Assembly (NCBI GenBank): GCA_051294905.1
Contig: CM119386.1
Location: forward strand, 10,292,001-10,356,000
DNA length: 64,000 nt
DNA from: Botryllus schlosseri
Taxonomy: Eukaryota
Reading direction: 5' to 3'
Part shown: piece by piece, positions 50,401 to 62,400 of the stretch
Layout: every line of letters starts with the position of its first letter
Numbering within the stretch: position 1 is the first letter of the stretch
The notes under the pieces: generated by a model
What the model was told of the DNA's origin: nothing
The model's input: the letters and a program-made list of their open reading frames with translations, nothing else
Databases searched by the model: none
Translations under genes and position numbers: made by a program

Positions 50401-53400
50401 AAAAGTAATTGGTTTCCCCCAACTAACTATTTAGTAGGATCGGAAGTAGTCTGAAACATAACCTTCCGAGTAAGTAATGCAAGTACTCTGAAAAAGTAGA
50501 AGTACTTCGTCACTGACCAGCACTGGTCATATGTTGTTGCGAAGTCACCAGGAATCGAAAATATGGCTTTATTCCCATTTTCTATATCTCGCTGTGGCGG
50601 TTATTATAGAGTTTTTTGAGTGTACAATTAAATACTATATTCATATTGAAGTAAACCCGAACATTTTCGATTGACACTTGTGACGGGTAATGGTCAGCAT
50701 CTTGTCACTTGTCACACTTGTGATGGGTAGCCTAACAGTCAGCAACCTGACGAGCGTCAGCCTAAAATAGTCGGGTTTATTTCAATATGAATATATTATC
50801 CAATTATATGCTGAAGCTCTGTACCTCCGAGAGTTTCTTTTACTAGTGAGCATATTTGAAAATTTTTAAACATACCGTCCGACACGAACTTTATCCACAA
50901 AGCGTTGGATGACGACTCCACGTCGCCCGGTTTCTCGTATCCGCAAAATCGTCCGATCAGCGGCGAATCTTCTTCCTGTCCGTTCCTAACCTCCAAGTAA
51001 TCGTACGAGCAAGTGTCGTGTCTTTCAACCTTACGTAGACACGGAGTCGCACCTTGGATTTATTTGATACCTATTCGGACTGGTGTATGCTTACTTCGAA
51101 GGCATCGAAAGACAGCCCCACGCGGTATCCTTCCTCCACGATCACTTTCCATATGCAGACTTTGGTAGGTCTGTAGTCCTCGGGGTAATTTGGGCTTTCG
51201 ATTTGACCCTTGTCTTTGGTGATGGTGCCGCCGCATATCGCGTCGTACTGAATAAAACAAATGTACATTGTACAGTCGGGGTCTTCAAAAATGACTTTTT
51301 TTCCTCAAATCGTACTGGCTACTTGATAAAATTGTTAGGTTACCTAATTTAAGCCTACACGCCAAATTTGGTTCAATTCCAACCAGTAGCTGCATTGCTA
51401 CAGGAGAAGAAAGTTTCTATTTATTATATAAAAATGTAGAATAAGTCTGCCTAAAAAACTGAAAACCGTTACGTAGAAGTACTTTGTTACTAGCCAGAAC
51501 CACCACCACATCTGAATATAATACGGAAAAATGGACGTGGAGTTCGCTCACTCAAAGTTGGAAATGGATAGCTACACTGCTAATCGGTTCCCTATAATGT
51601 CACAATCACGTCAAAGCAAAAGAGATTAATCATGTGTCAATCACTTATTTACTCAGTGCTCCAGAGACCGCGTATATATATGTACCGTATCCATACGTAT
51701 GTGATGCGCTTATCACGTTGTTGACACTGTTGCGTTACGTCATAGCATTCGGGAAAGCGAGAAAACAGCGATATTGACTGCCACTAACCCGTAAAGCAAA
51801 ACCGCCACCTCTGTAGTAACCCCGAAACTTGATCCACATCCTACTGTCGCTAGACGTAATCGTGGCCGGAGGATCGGTGCCGCAGAAGCGTCCTGGAATT
51901 CGTAAAGGTCATTGCATTCAACAGAAATCTACACACACGATTTCATCGTACCAAGCAGCGGAGATCCCCTCCAGTGACCATCTCTAATTTCCACGAAGTC
52001 ATAAAGGCAGTAGTTCGCGGTCGGTCTAGTTCTGGTGATAACAAATAATGTTAGCAAAATGCATCCATTGACTGTGAATCAGTGGGGTTGGGCAAACTCG
52101 AGTACTGTAGCGATTCGATTCCGAATTATGCTTCGAGATGAGCGGAGTATTCGCGTATCTATAGAATGTAAACATGGAATGGCAGCGACCGATTTTGCAG
52201 CTTCGTTCCGCTTGACTGAAGCTTTACTCAGACTTATTTTACGGCAGCTACTGTAGGATTTATGGCAATCCAAAAGTTGTCTTCCAGAGCTCAGAACTTA
52301 CTGAATCTGGTCTTGATCGAAAGCTACTGTTGCACTGATTCCGAAAATATCAATCAAAATACGATCAGGCTCCGGACTTAGATGATAAATCACCCTCAAC
52401 ATCTAAAATCTGCATTGTTCAGAACAATCGGATGAACGCAAAACAATGACCACAACAATGACCCATTGCGGCTCTTCGATTGTTCGGACAATGCCGATAA
52501 TTCAGACTTGAAGGGCGAATTCTAAGCGGCCCAGTGCCTGATCATATTTTCATTTACATTTTCGGATTCAGTGTGACAGTAGCTTTCGATCAATACCAGA
52601 TTCAGTAAGTTCTGAGCTCAGGAAGACAACTTTTGGATTGCCATAAATCCTACAGTAGCTGCCGTAAAATAAGTCTGAGTAAAGCTTCAGTGAAGCGGAA
52701 CGAAGCTGCAAAATCGGTCGCTGCCATTCCACGTTTACATTCTATAGCGTATCACTCAATATGACCAACAATGGCCAATATGCTTGCGGTTTGCGCTGCT
52801 TCTCACCTGCTCCCAGCCGGCATAGTTGCGTCACGATACCAAACCAAACCCGTTACAATGCAACATTCGAGGCTTATTTTGGTAGGGCTCCAGGCAGACT
52901 TGCACAAACTAAATATTTAGTTAGTTGATGTAGTTGCGGATTTTGAAAATTGAGTAGTTCTAGTTCTAGTCGTAGTTGCGGATTTTGAAAATTGAGTAGT
53001 TCTAGTTCTAGTCGTAGTTGCGGATTTTGAAAATCGGGTAGTTCTAGTTCTAGTTCTAGTTGCACATTTGAAAAAAATATTAGTTGCCGAACAACTAGAA
53101 AACATGTGTCGTGGTTTTGGGCGAATTGAGATGCCGGTGTTCTGTTGAATGATGTGTGTGCACAATGTGCACTGTGCAGCCATTGCTCGCTCGGCAAACA
53201 GTGGCCTAGCCAGCAGGTGACTTTTTGGGGTCGGAATCTCTCCCATTACAAACTCGAAACCCAGTTGTTTTGAAATGTCGATTCAATGTCTGATATTTCC
53301 GAGAAAATCACAATTACTGTGTTAAGTAAGAGAATGAAATCCAGTTCTGTACGGTTCTGAACCTTTAATGACTTGGGAACCCATAGATGGGCAACTATTT

Positions 53401-56400
53401 TCTGAGAATGACAGGCAGCAAATACGTTGGCTAGCTAAGTCAAAAGTTTGCACTGTATTAGGCGGTGTATGTATTTCTAATAATTTATAAATTGAAAGCA
53501 ATGAGTTACGTGGTTAACACAAGCTTCTGGGTGGATGTGTTACTATTAGGCAATTAGGAATTTAGAGTCAAAGTACAAATATAATATTTATCCTACGTAA
53601 TTATTCAAAAGAATGGTAAACAAGAAACATTGTTAACTCTTTTCAATCACACCAACCCATAGAAACGTCCTTCTAAAAGACACCAAAATATATGGGATGT
53701 TACAGCTTGGTCACTATCTCGAACGGTGTGTCGCTTATTGGTAAAATCGTCCTGTTGTTTTGGTAATTTGGCTGGCAGGTTTTCCGAATTCGTCTTCTCG
53801 CAGCTTCAGCCGAATGAATGTGTGCTTATGTCTTAATCCCGACTTTAACTAGCCCATGTTGTGTCGACCTTATAATGAATATAGAATACGCCAGGGATCG
53901 GCTACCCCTGGCACGCGTGCCAAAAGGGGCACGCAAGATGATTTTTCATGGCTCGCTGAATGATTTGATGTGCATTATCATAATCGTGTTTCTTGCAAAC
54001 AGTGGAACAAAAGTTTTCAAAATGGAAGAAGCTCGAAGGTGAATCCAAATTACTTCGTAAATCAACATAAAGTAGGGTCTTCTGGGACAGATTTTATTTT
54101 TCTTCAAAATTTCTCCTCACTTCCCACGTATGGTCTGAATTCGGCCCGCGGGCCGTAAAATGCCCAGGTCTGTCCTACGCTAATCTACAAGCCTTCGGAG
54201 AAACCCTAATTTTCAGTGGGTCACAAAACAAAAGTCCATCACATGTGTGCAATATGTGCATACCATATATATATATATGTGTGTTGTAATCTGTACGACT
54301 ACCAATAAAGCTACTCAGACAGCAGACTTGTACAAACCAAACATTTAGTTAGTTGATGGTCAGCTAACTAACGATTTTTTCAGTAGTTCTAGTTCTAGTT
54401 GTAGTTGCGGATTTTGAAAATTGAGTAGTTCTAGTTCTAGTCGTAGTTGCGGATTTCAAAAATTGAGTAGTTCTAGTTCTAGTCGTAGTTGCGGATTTTG
54501 AAAATTGAGTAGTTCTAGTTCTAGTCGTAGTTGCGGATTTTGAAAATTGAGTAGTTCTAGTTCTAGTTCTAGTTGTGGTTTTTGAAAATCCAGTAGTTTG
54601 TACAAGTCTGGCTCCAGGACGACGAGCAGAATAAAATTTATAGTTTCGCAATCAGTACCGCGGTAGCTTGCGATTGATCCGTTTTATCAAATTTCGCGCT
54701 CGGCAAACCGGTCTAAAATTACCGTCAAATTGCCTTTAACCAAATGGAAAGGGTGACGTAGACCAATTTCACTGAGCCGTGACATTTGTTTGTGTCCACA
54801 CCATATATGACACTATGATATAGCTCTTATTGAAAAGCGTCGTATCATTTCAGAACTCGAAACTTTTCTCTCACTACTGGAATCACTACTAGTACAGTAG
54901 TACACGAATCATTGTGCCCAACCCTACTAAGCAGTTGCGTTACGGGTTGTATATATCGATCGACGTGATGTTGACGACGATCTTTTCGCCTGGCGTTACG
55001 CTTATCCTCCATTCGCAAATCGATTTCGGGTATTGGCGCGGAAAATTCGGCGACGTGAAATTTCCAGACGTCGATTGCAACGTGTGACCGCAACCTGCAA
55101 AAGGGAATAATATCAAATGCGATGTCCCGATATTGAAGCGTGCGACACAATGAAAAACGACAGTTGACAATGCGACACTTGAGCATGTGAGTTTATTACC
55201 CCAACACTGACGCTAACCCAGGAAGTAACTGTTACCCAAACCCTAACCCAACTCTAACTGCCCCGAAAACTTCAATAACTTCTGTACCTCGGTATCAAAA
55301 GTGCATAAGTAAGACAAAAGCGCGTCCACCTACCATTTTGTAGACAAAAAAGATCATCGCTTTATCAAATATGCCGGACCTTATTTGTGGAACAGTATCA
55401 CGTCGGATATCCGACAGTCATCGAGCATGTCCACATTCAAGTCGAAATGCAAACAATTTGTACTGAATCAATACTAGTTAGCCCTCTAGTTTACTGGACC
55501 GCGACCTGACATATCGATCTCGGCTTCCGACACATGCCGTCTTTTTGTTGTCACCTGTCCTATTATATTATCTTCTTTTACTTTTCATTCAGTGTGCATG
55601 CCTCCTTTTTTAACATCGCCTAGGCCATGTGGGTGTCTGATTTCGAAGACTACTACAAATCGTTTCGACACATTCCTGTCTTCATTGTATCCAAGTCTTG
55701 TGGTGTATTGAAATTATGAACTTTTTAGCAATACATTGAATTGAATCAAACTTTAACCAATTGCTCAAGTGTTAAATGCTATTGTGTCGCATGCAAATAT
55801 ATCTACAAAGACTATCAAGTACATCTCACCCCCGCATACAAGGTAACAGTAGCTGTATGTATAGTGCATCAAAGCTTTGGACTCAACAACGTGTAGGCTT
55901 ATTGCGAACATTTTTGCGATTATGAGCTTCGCGCGCATTGTGAGCATACATATATATCCAGTAAGCTTTTGCTTCTTCGTCTATACGACAGTCGACAATC
56001 CATCAGAAATGCGCAATTTTGATTAAAATTGATTCGCTCTACTGTGGTTTATTCGTATAACGCCCGACATACATTTCGTAAGAAATATCGGGGACCATGG
56101 GCGGTATTACGAATTCTCAAAACATACATGGGATACATCACACTCAATCTAGTGAGCGCGTAACAGACCCTAGTAATCCCCACAACTACATGACTACACG
56201 CAATGGATCAAGTGGCCTATTAGAATGTTTTGGACGGCTCGCACGTGACTAATATCAAGCACTCCATCGCGAGATTGGCAGCGCATCGCCCAATTAGATT
56301 GTATCTCGCCATGAATCAGTGGAAGTCTCGGCGAGGGGCACTACGGCGATATGATGAGCAATAGATGCGCATCGATCATCAAAGACAAAGCAGTCACATT

Positions 56401-59400
56401 ATATATAGCTGTATATACGTAGATGATTTGCAGTTATGTTTGACGTAACATGACCTGTGAAGATGTTTACATTTTGTAGAATGAGTCACATACACACGGA
56501 CGATACGGAGTCAATATCGCTATAAAACCGGTGACTATATAGAAGTCGTGAAGTTATAAAATAAATTTGGATCGGCTCTCTGGAGCAAAGCACGCATCGA
56601 AAACGTATAGCCGATGAAATAACACTTCGATGATTTTGGTGAAAGTTACGATCATGCCACATTCATTGTCATCACTAGTCGTTTTATGTTATCATTAGGG
56701 CGATTTTTTTTGACATGTCAAAAAAAGTCAAAATAAGGTCAAAATTGTAACGTTAGGTCAAAAAATGTCAAAATTGTTTACAAAGACAATATTTTTTTGC
56801 AACCTGCATTTCATTTGTATAGTAGATTTTGCGCAGTCGGTGAACTTATCGTTTGACATTTTACAGCTTGTAGCCTACTTTATAGGCAGGGTTGCCACAC
56901 CGTCCTTATTTATAAGATTTGTCCTTATTTTGAAGGATCACGTCTTAGAAAACTCAACCGTCCTTATTTCTAAGAAATGTCCTTATTTTCGACTTGCGTC
57001 CTTATTTTGTCTTATTATCAACCACTACAGAACTTTGATCGTTTTTCTCTGGCATTTGTGTTGCATAATATTCATAAATTCTGCTTTTGCGTCGAGATTC
57101 TATGACATCATAAAGGAAAGGAACTCTTGTGACGTTCACGCTATAAAATTTTACTTCTAAGTGGTGACATAGCTCGGGCCGTGCCCGTGAGTGGTTTCGT
57201 CTGTAACAAGCTACCACGGCGGACGTCATTTTAGCAGTAAACAATAGTACTCGGTTCCTGCTGTTTGGTCTAGGGCAGAATAAGCTCAAGTTGTGGGGAA
57301 GGCAGCATTTATTGCGTAGTGAGAAAAGGCGCAATGCAATCGACACATTGGTTAAAAAGTAAGTAAGCTGTTAATCATTGATAAATTTTTCCAAATTATA
57401 TTGCACTTGCGCCAACGTTTATTTAGAAAGGGGGGTTGACGAAGTGCTGTTTCGTTCCTGAGTAAAAGTAAATCTAGACCTGAGCTCTCGTGAGATCCAT
57501 GAAGCACTTTCTAATAACAAGGAGTTGCTGGAGCAGATTGTTTCTGGCGAATATGTCACGGCTCATAAAAATACAAAGTATGTTCAAAAACGTTTTTTCA
57601 TGCTAATCTAATTTTTCGACTGTCCTTATTTTTGGGTCTTTGTCGGTGGCAACCCTGTTTATAGGTCTACCGTTGTAGACGGCCCATTGTCTGCTCATTG
57701 TGAATCATAAACAGTCAAATGAAATAAATAGGTCGACATGGTGTTATGCTCAAGGTACCGCAATATCCTAAGTGAACCAAGACTGCGTGGATGGTTGCAA
57801 ACCATTGTCAGAATGAAGCAACACGGTGTGTCACCAGCAGTGAACGCACGCACAACTTCAGTGTAGTCAGCCAACTGCTGCTACAGTTGAACGTTCTTTC
57901 TCCATTCTTCTTGTTTTTGTTTATATATTCATGGTGTTTGTCGACTACGATTGTCATTTGCACCAGGCCAACACTCCTTATTTTCGATTCCGTATCTGCT
58001 GCGTATCTGCCGACTTGTAGCAAGGCCAACTTCTAGGCTTTTCGTAAGACACCGCTTTCGCGGATGAGATGGTGAGGAGGAACCTAGATAAACCTCCAAC
58101 TCTTATATAGGAATTCTGGAGTCGACCTCGGTCGGACCAGAACCCACAAATCGTTGGTGTTGTAGCTGTGGATTACACCACTACGCTATCTCGCCACATC
58201 TCCATTCTTGGCAAGCTGCTTAGTAAGGACAGACACTTTCTACCAGAGAATGTAGGAAAGTATCTTTCGTTGTACTACAACAAATTTTAATTATTTTCAC
58301 CATAATACCTCATGTAACTATTGGAATTCATCATAGGGCCAGATTTTGTTAAAATATTATTTTGTCATGTAAAAATTTTACTGTTATATTGAGTCGGAAA
58401 AGTTCTTTCAGGGCTAGCTACTTCGTAAGGACAGACAATTCGAACCATAAATGGGGATAAGTAGTACAATTCTAACATTATTTGGGAAAACACCTAATTT
58501 GCATATGTTAGGTCAAAATTTGGTCGAAATTTAGTTTTTTAAGGTAAAAAAATGTCAAAATTCAGACTTTTTAGGTCAAAATCTTTCAGTTTTTAGGTAA
58601 AAAAATCGCCCTAGTTATCACTTATGTCTTTCCATCCAGTGTGGTGCATGCCTTATATTTACATCTCCTGAGCACAGGTGGGTGTCCGATTTCAAAGACT
58701 ATACTTCAAGTCGTTCCGACACCTTCCTATCTTTTCAGTGTATCCCACTCTTGTGGTGTTTTGAAACGATGAAATTATTATTAATCTGATACTGACACTG
58801 ATACTGATCGATATCGAAGACTGCAGCAGCAACTAATTCTTGAAACGTTATCCTACTATCCAAAATATACGCGCCAACCTATAAAATCTGACGGGAGTAC
58901 ACTATAAAGATAAGCATTTAGCATGACCTTGTCCTTGGACGGATTAGAATATTATTGCTGAATTTTAACCGGATTTGATTCTTACTGAAAGCTGAGTCGA
59001 AATTTCGGAACTGGGTATAGATTTAATAATATTATACTGAAAAAATATTAAATACGCTCATGCCAGGAGTATACAACTATAAATACAGCAACTATTAGGG
59101 CGAAATATATATTTATGGATAGGTGTCTGTGCGGATCCAGGGATAAATCCCTGAGCTAGCTTAAATATCTAAATACCGTTTGCCGAAACCATAGAAGTCA
59201 GCCTTTGGTCCTTCGAAATTAACGAGTCACACGGCTAAGTTCCGGTAAGTTAGGGTTGCCATGCGTCCGGAATTTCCCGGACATGTAAGGAATTTCACTG
59301 TTAAATCTTCGTCCGGGAGGAAATTCGAAAATATGCCTAAATGTCCGAAATTTTGAAGGCTTGAAGTGGGCTCATAATTTTTAAGTAAATTCACATAAAC

Positions 59401-62400
59401 TACATTATTTTTGGGTAGATTTATGCTATACTTGATGCTTTTCTTCGCGCCGCGCGTGATTAAGTATAACATACATTGATTTTAATATGGAGACTACCGC
59501 CCTCACAGAAACTGCAATCAATATTAATAAAAGTAACCTTGATTTACTGAAATAATTCTAATTGTGATCGCAATTCGAGGAGAACGGTATGTTCCTAGAG
59601 TCGGTTATGGTCGTTTAAATGCATTTATTCAAAGATAGTCGTTCTAAACCTGGGGGTCATTTGCCTTTATTCTGGAGTTCGTGAAGATGTTGAACGTAAT
59701 AAGCTTCCAAAATAGGCAGTGAGTAAGTCTGGGCAAAGCTGTTAGCATTTTTTTAGTAATCACCTTATCAAATTTTGAGCTGGGCCACGAAACATTTTCA
59801 AATTGGAAATGAAGTCGCGACCATAAAAAGTGGAAAACCACCGGATGTGTGGTGTTTTTATAGCTCAGTGGTGGGCAGCGGCATTAGGCTAGTAAATAAT
59901 CTTATCGGTGTGACCTGAACATGACATAACGATGTACATTGTACATGTAGAATTACGCTCCCTGTATTTTAGAAGTCATCATACTCTACCAGCTCTACTG
60001 CTAACTCTGATCATGTGAGCGGAGAGAGGATCGAAACTATACAGTAATATATGGTAGAACCAATATTGACAAAATTCATTGAAAAAATTTAACGACCAGA
60101 TGCATACAGCAATCTCCCTAGAAGCTGCATCGATTACCTTATGGTGGGCCCACCAAGATCAGTGTTTATTTGGGCGGGAGGGGGCTGAAAAAATACGGTT
60201 TCGATCCTCGTTAGCGGTTACAACACACAACCACATAGTCCTGAACGGGATCGTGACCACCTCTGGTCTAAAGGCAAAGCTTTGCTATTGTGACGTCATA
60301 TCGACAGACAATGTGCTCATAACTCATTTTGGAATCCGCTAGTGGGCGCTAACGAGTATCCGGAATTAGAGCCACAAAAATGGTAACCGTGTACGCTAAA
60401 TGCTGATTACCACATGTCTACAGTCTACATTCCTTAAGCGAAGTAACGATCACGATCAAAATGTGTCAAATCACATCAGTAATGATAAAATATAATCAAT
60501 GATCATTGATATGGTTCCCCACCTTAACGAGAACGACTTGGAACAGTATTCTATGTGATGCTTGGGGTGAACTTAGTGAACACCACAAACCAATTCCATT
60601 CTCCTTACCACAGCACAGGCGCATGACGGAGAGAAAAGACATGCGTAGGCATATATATATCTTGTAACAGCATTCTTGCCATGCATTTGTTTCAGTTTAA
60701 AACTCATTAAAGTGGCCTCGAACAGTGACCCTCTTCGATCTTGCGTTTGTGTTTGACACGATTGTAGCTATAGTACGCTATATGGTCAGAACGGGTCTTA
60801 CGATAACTTATTGTTATTGAAGGCCCGGGGGTAAGACTCTTATTTGATACTGGTACATATTTTCATTAGACCAAATAATATCAGCCAAAACGGACATATT
60901 TCAATTGTCGAAACTCTTGAATGACTCAACATTTCGTCCTCGACGACTACTACTACCAAGCTACTATGGAATGAACGCGAGGCGATGTACCTACTTCGAC
61001 ATCGATACAATTTCTTAGCCTGTCTCACGTCGCCTTCGCTCAGTCTCGTACGCTGTCCGATGGCCGGCCTGTGGCCTTCCGAATCCGCCCGCGGCCGTAT
61101 CGTGTCGAGGAACATACCTTTTGAGAAACAGCATTGAATAAAGGAATAATGTCAGACTGCCGCAAGGTGGGTGGTCCGACTATGACGCCTACACCTTGAT
61201 AGGCCAACAATGCTGGAGTGAGTGTCGATTTCATTGAATTCAAGGAAAATAGGGAATGTAGTGTGTGACGTCATCACAGGAGGCCGGTAAACGACGTATA
61301 TCTACTTTTTCGAAGTACTCTGGTTGGTTTCGCCTACATACTCAGAACGTGTTGTCTTAGATTACTTCCACTTCTAATTGACCATTTTTAGTCAAAATTA
61401 CTTACTTTTAGGACTTGAAATGTTTGTAGAAAGTTGAAAATAGTTTTGAGGTACGTTTTTATCACCTTTATGAGTGACATTGCCAACGTAATAGGGCTAA
61501 ATATCCCCTTTGCCGCGATAACTGAATTTACTTTCGATAATCTGTGTTATCACAAGTTATTTTGAGTCTTAGTCGCATAGATACATGCTGAAATTTCAAA
61601 AGTAGTCACCTCCGGTTGACTGCTAAAAGTACGCGATTCCTCGACCGAATATACTTTTCAAATTAAATACTTCAGTACTACTAATACTTTTTTTCTACTA
61701 CCACTTGAAGTATAGTTAAGGCATGCGTTGGAACTCGCTGCTTTTTCTTGTACTTGATCAGCAATTTACGATGCTACTCCTGCTTCTACTTGAGAACCAA
61801 CGATGACTAGTTTGAGCACCTCTGGAAGTCACATAGAAATCGAAATTGAAGGTGACAGCATGGGCGCATTGTCTTGCCATGTCACGATTGGGAGTATAAT
61901 ATTGTTGTGAGCCGTTCCAGACTCAGACAGCTCTATGTGTACTATGTTAACACTGCAATAGTTTGCATACCTTTGCTGAATGTGTTCCGAGCGTAATGCA
62001 TAATTGAATAGAAGTCATAAGACTCTCCCAAGGAGTTAATTTCGCTTGAATCCATCTTCTCAAAATTATATTCCTGACCTGCAGGCACGTAAAAAACGTA
62101 GCTCAAAACGAGAGTCAATTAACTCAAAATTGCCTGTCAATTATACCTTCTTGAATATTTTTGTAGATGATTTCGATATGGTCGTCCCGATCGGGTCTCG
62201 TATGCTCGTGCCAGAAGCCGATGACATGGCCGAGCTCGTGTACTACGATACCAAATTTATCGCAATTTTTACCGATCGAAATCGCTTGCGGCCCGCCCCC
62301 TCTGCGGCCAACGTACGAACAACACCTAAAAATGAACAGTATCGGGTATGCAGTGAAAATAGTAGCGTTAATCATGAAAATCTCAGCGTCAATGCGTAGG

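Larger units (their letters stand above)
52895..54610. mobile_element. hAT-type element with a duplicated left end and 42-bp subterminal tandem arrays
   Basis: TIR CAGACTTG(C/T)ACAAAC...GTTTGTACAAGTCTG; perfect 8-bp TSD GCTCCAGG; second left TIR at 54323. Confidence 0.8.
56696..58613. mobile_element. MITE of the TAGGGCGATTTTTT family carrying two insertions
   Basis: TIR TAGGGCGATTTTTTT...AAAAAAATCGCCCTA; 7/8 TSD GTTATCAT/GTTATCAC. Confidence 0.8.

Noticed and set aside
52874-54651. ORFs with periodic peptides ([12 protein letters not shown]..., [13 protein letters not shown]...)
   Set aside because: They are translations of a stop-free 42-bp tandem repeat inside a MITE, with no coding context.
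55200-55265. Telomere-like CTAACCC motifs
   Set aside because: Only about three scattered imperfect units, not an array.
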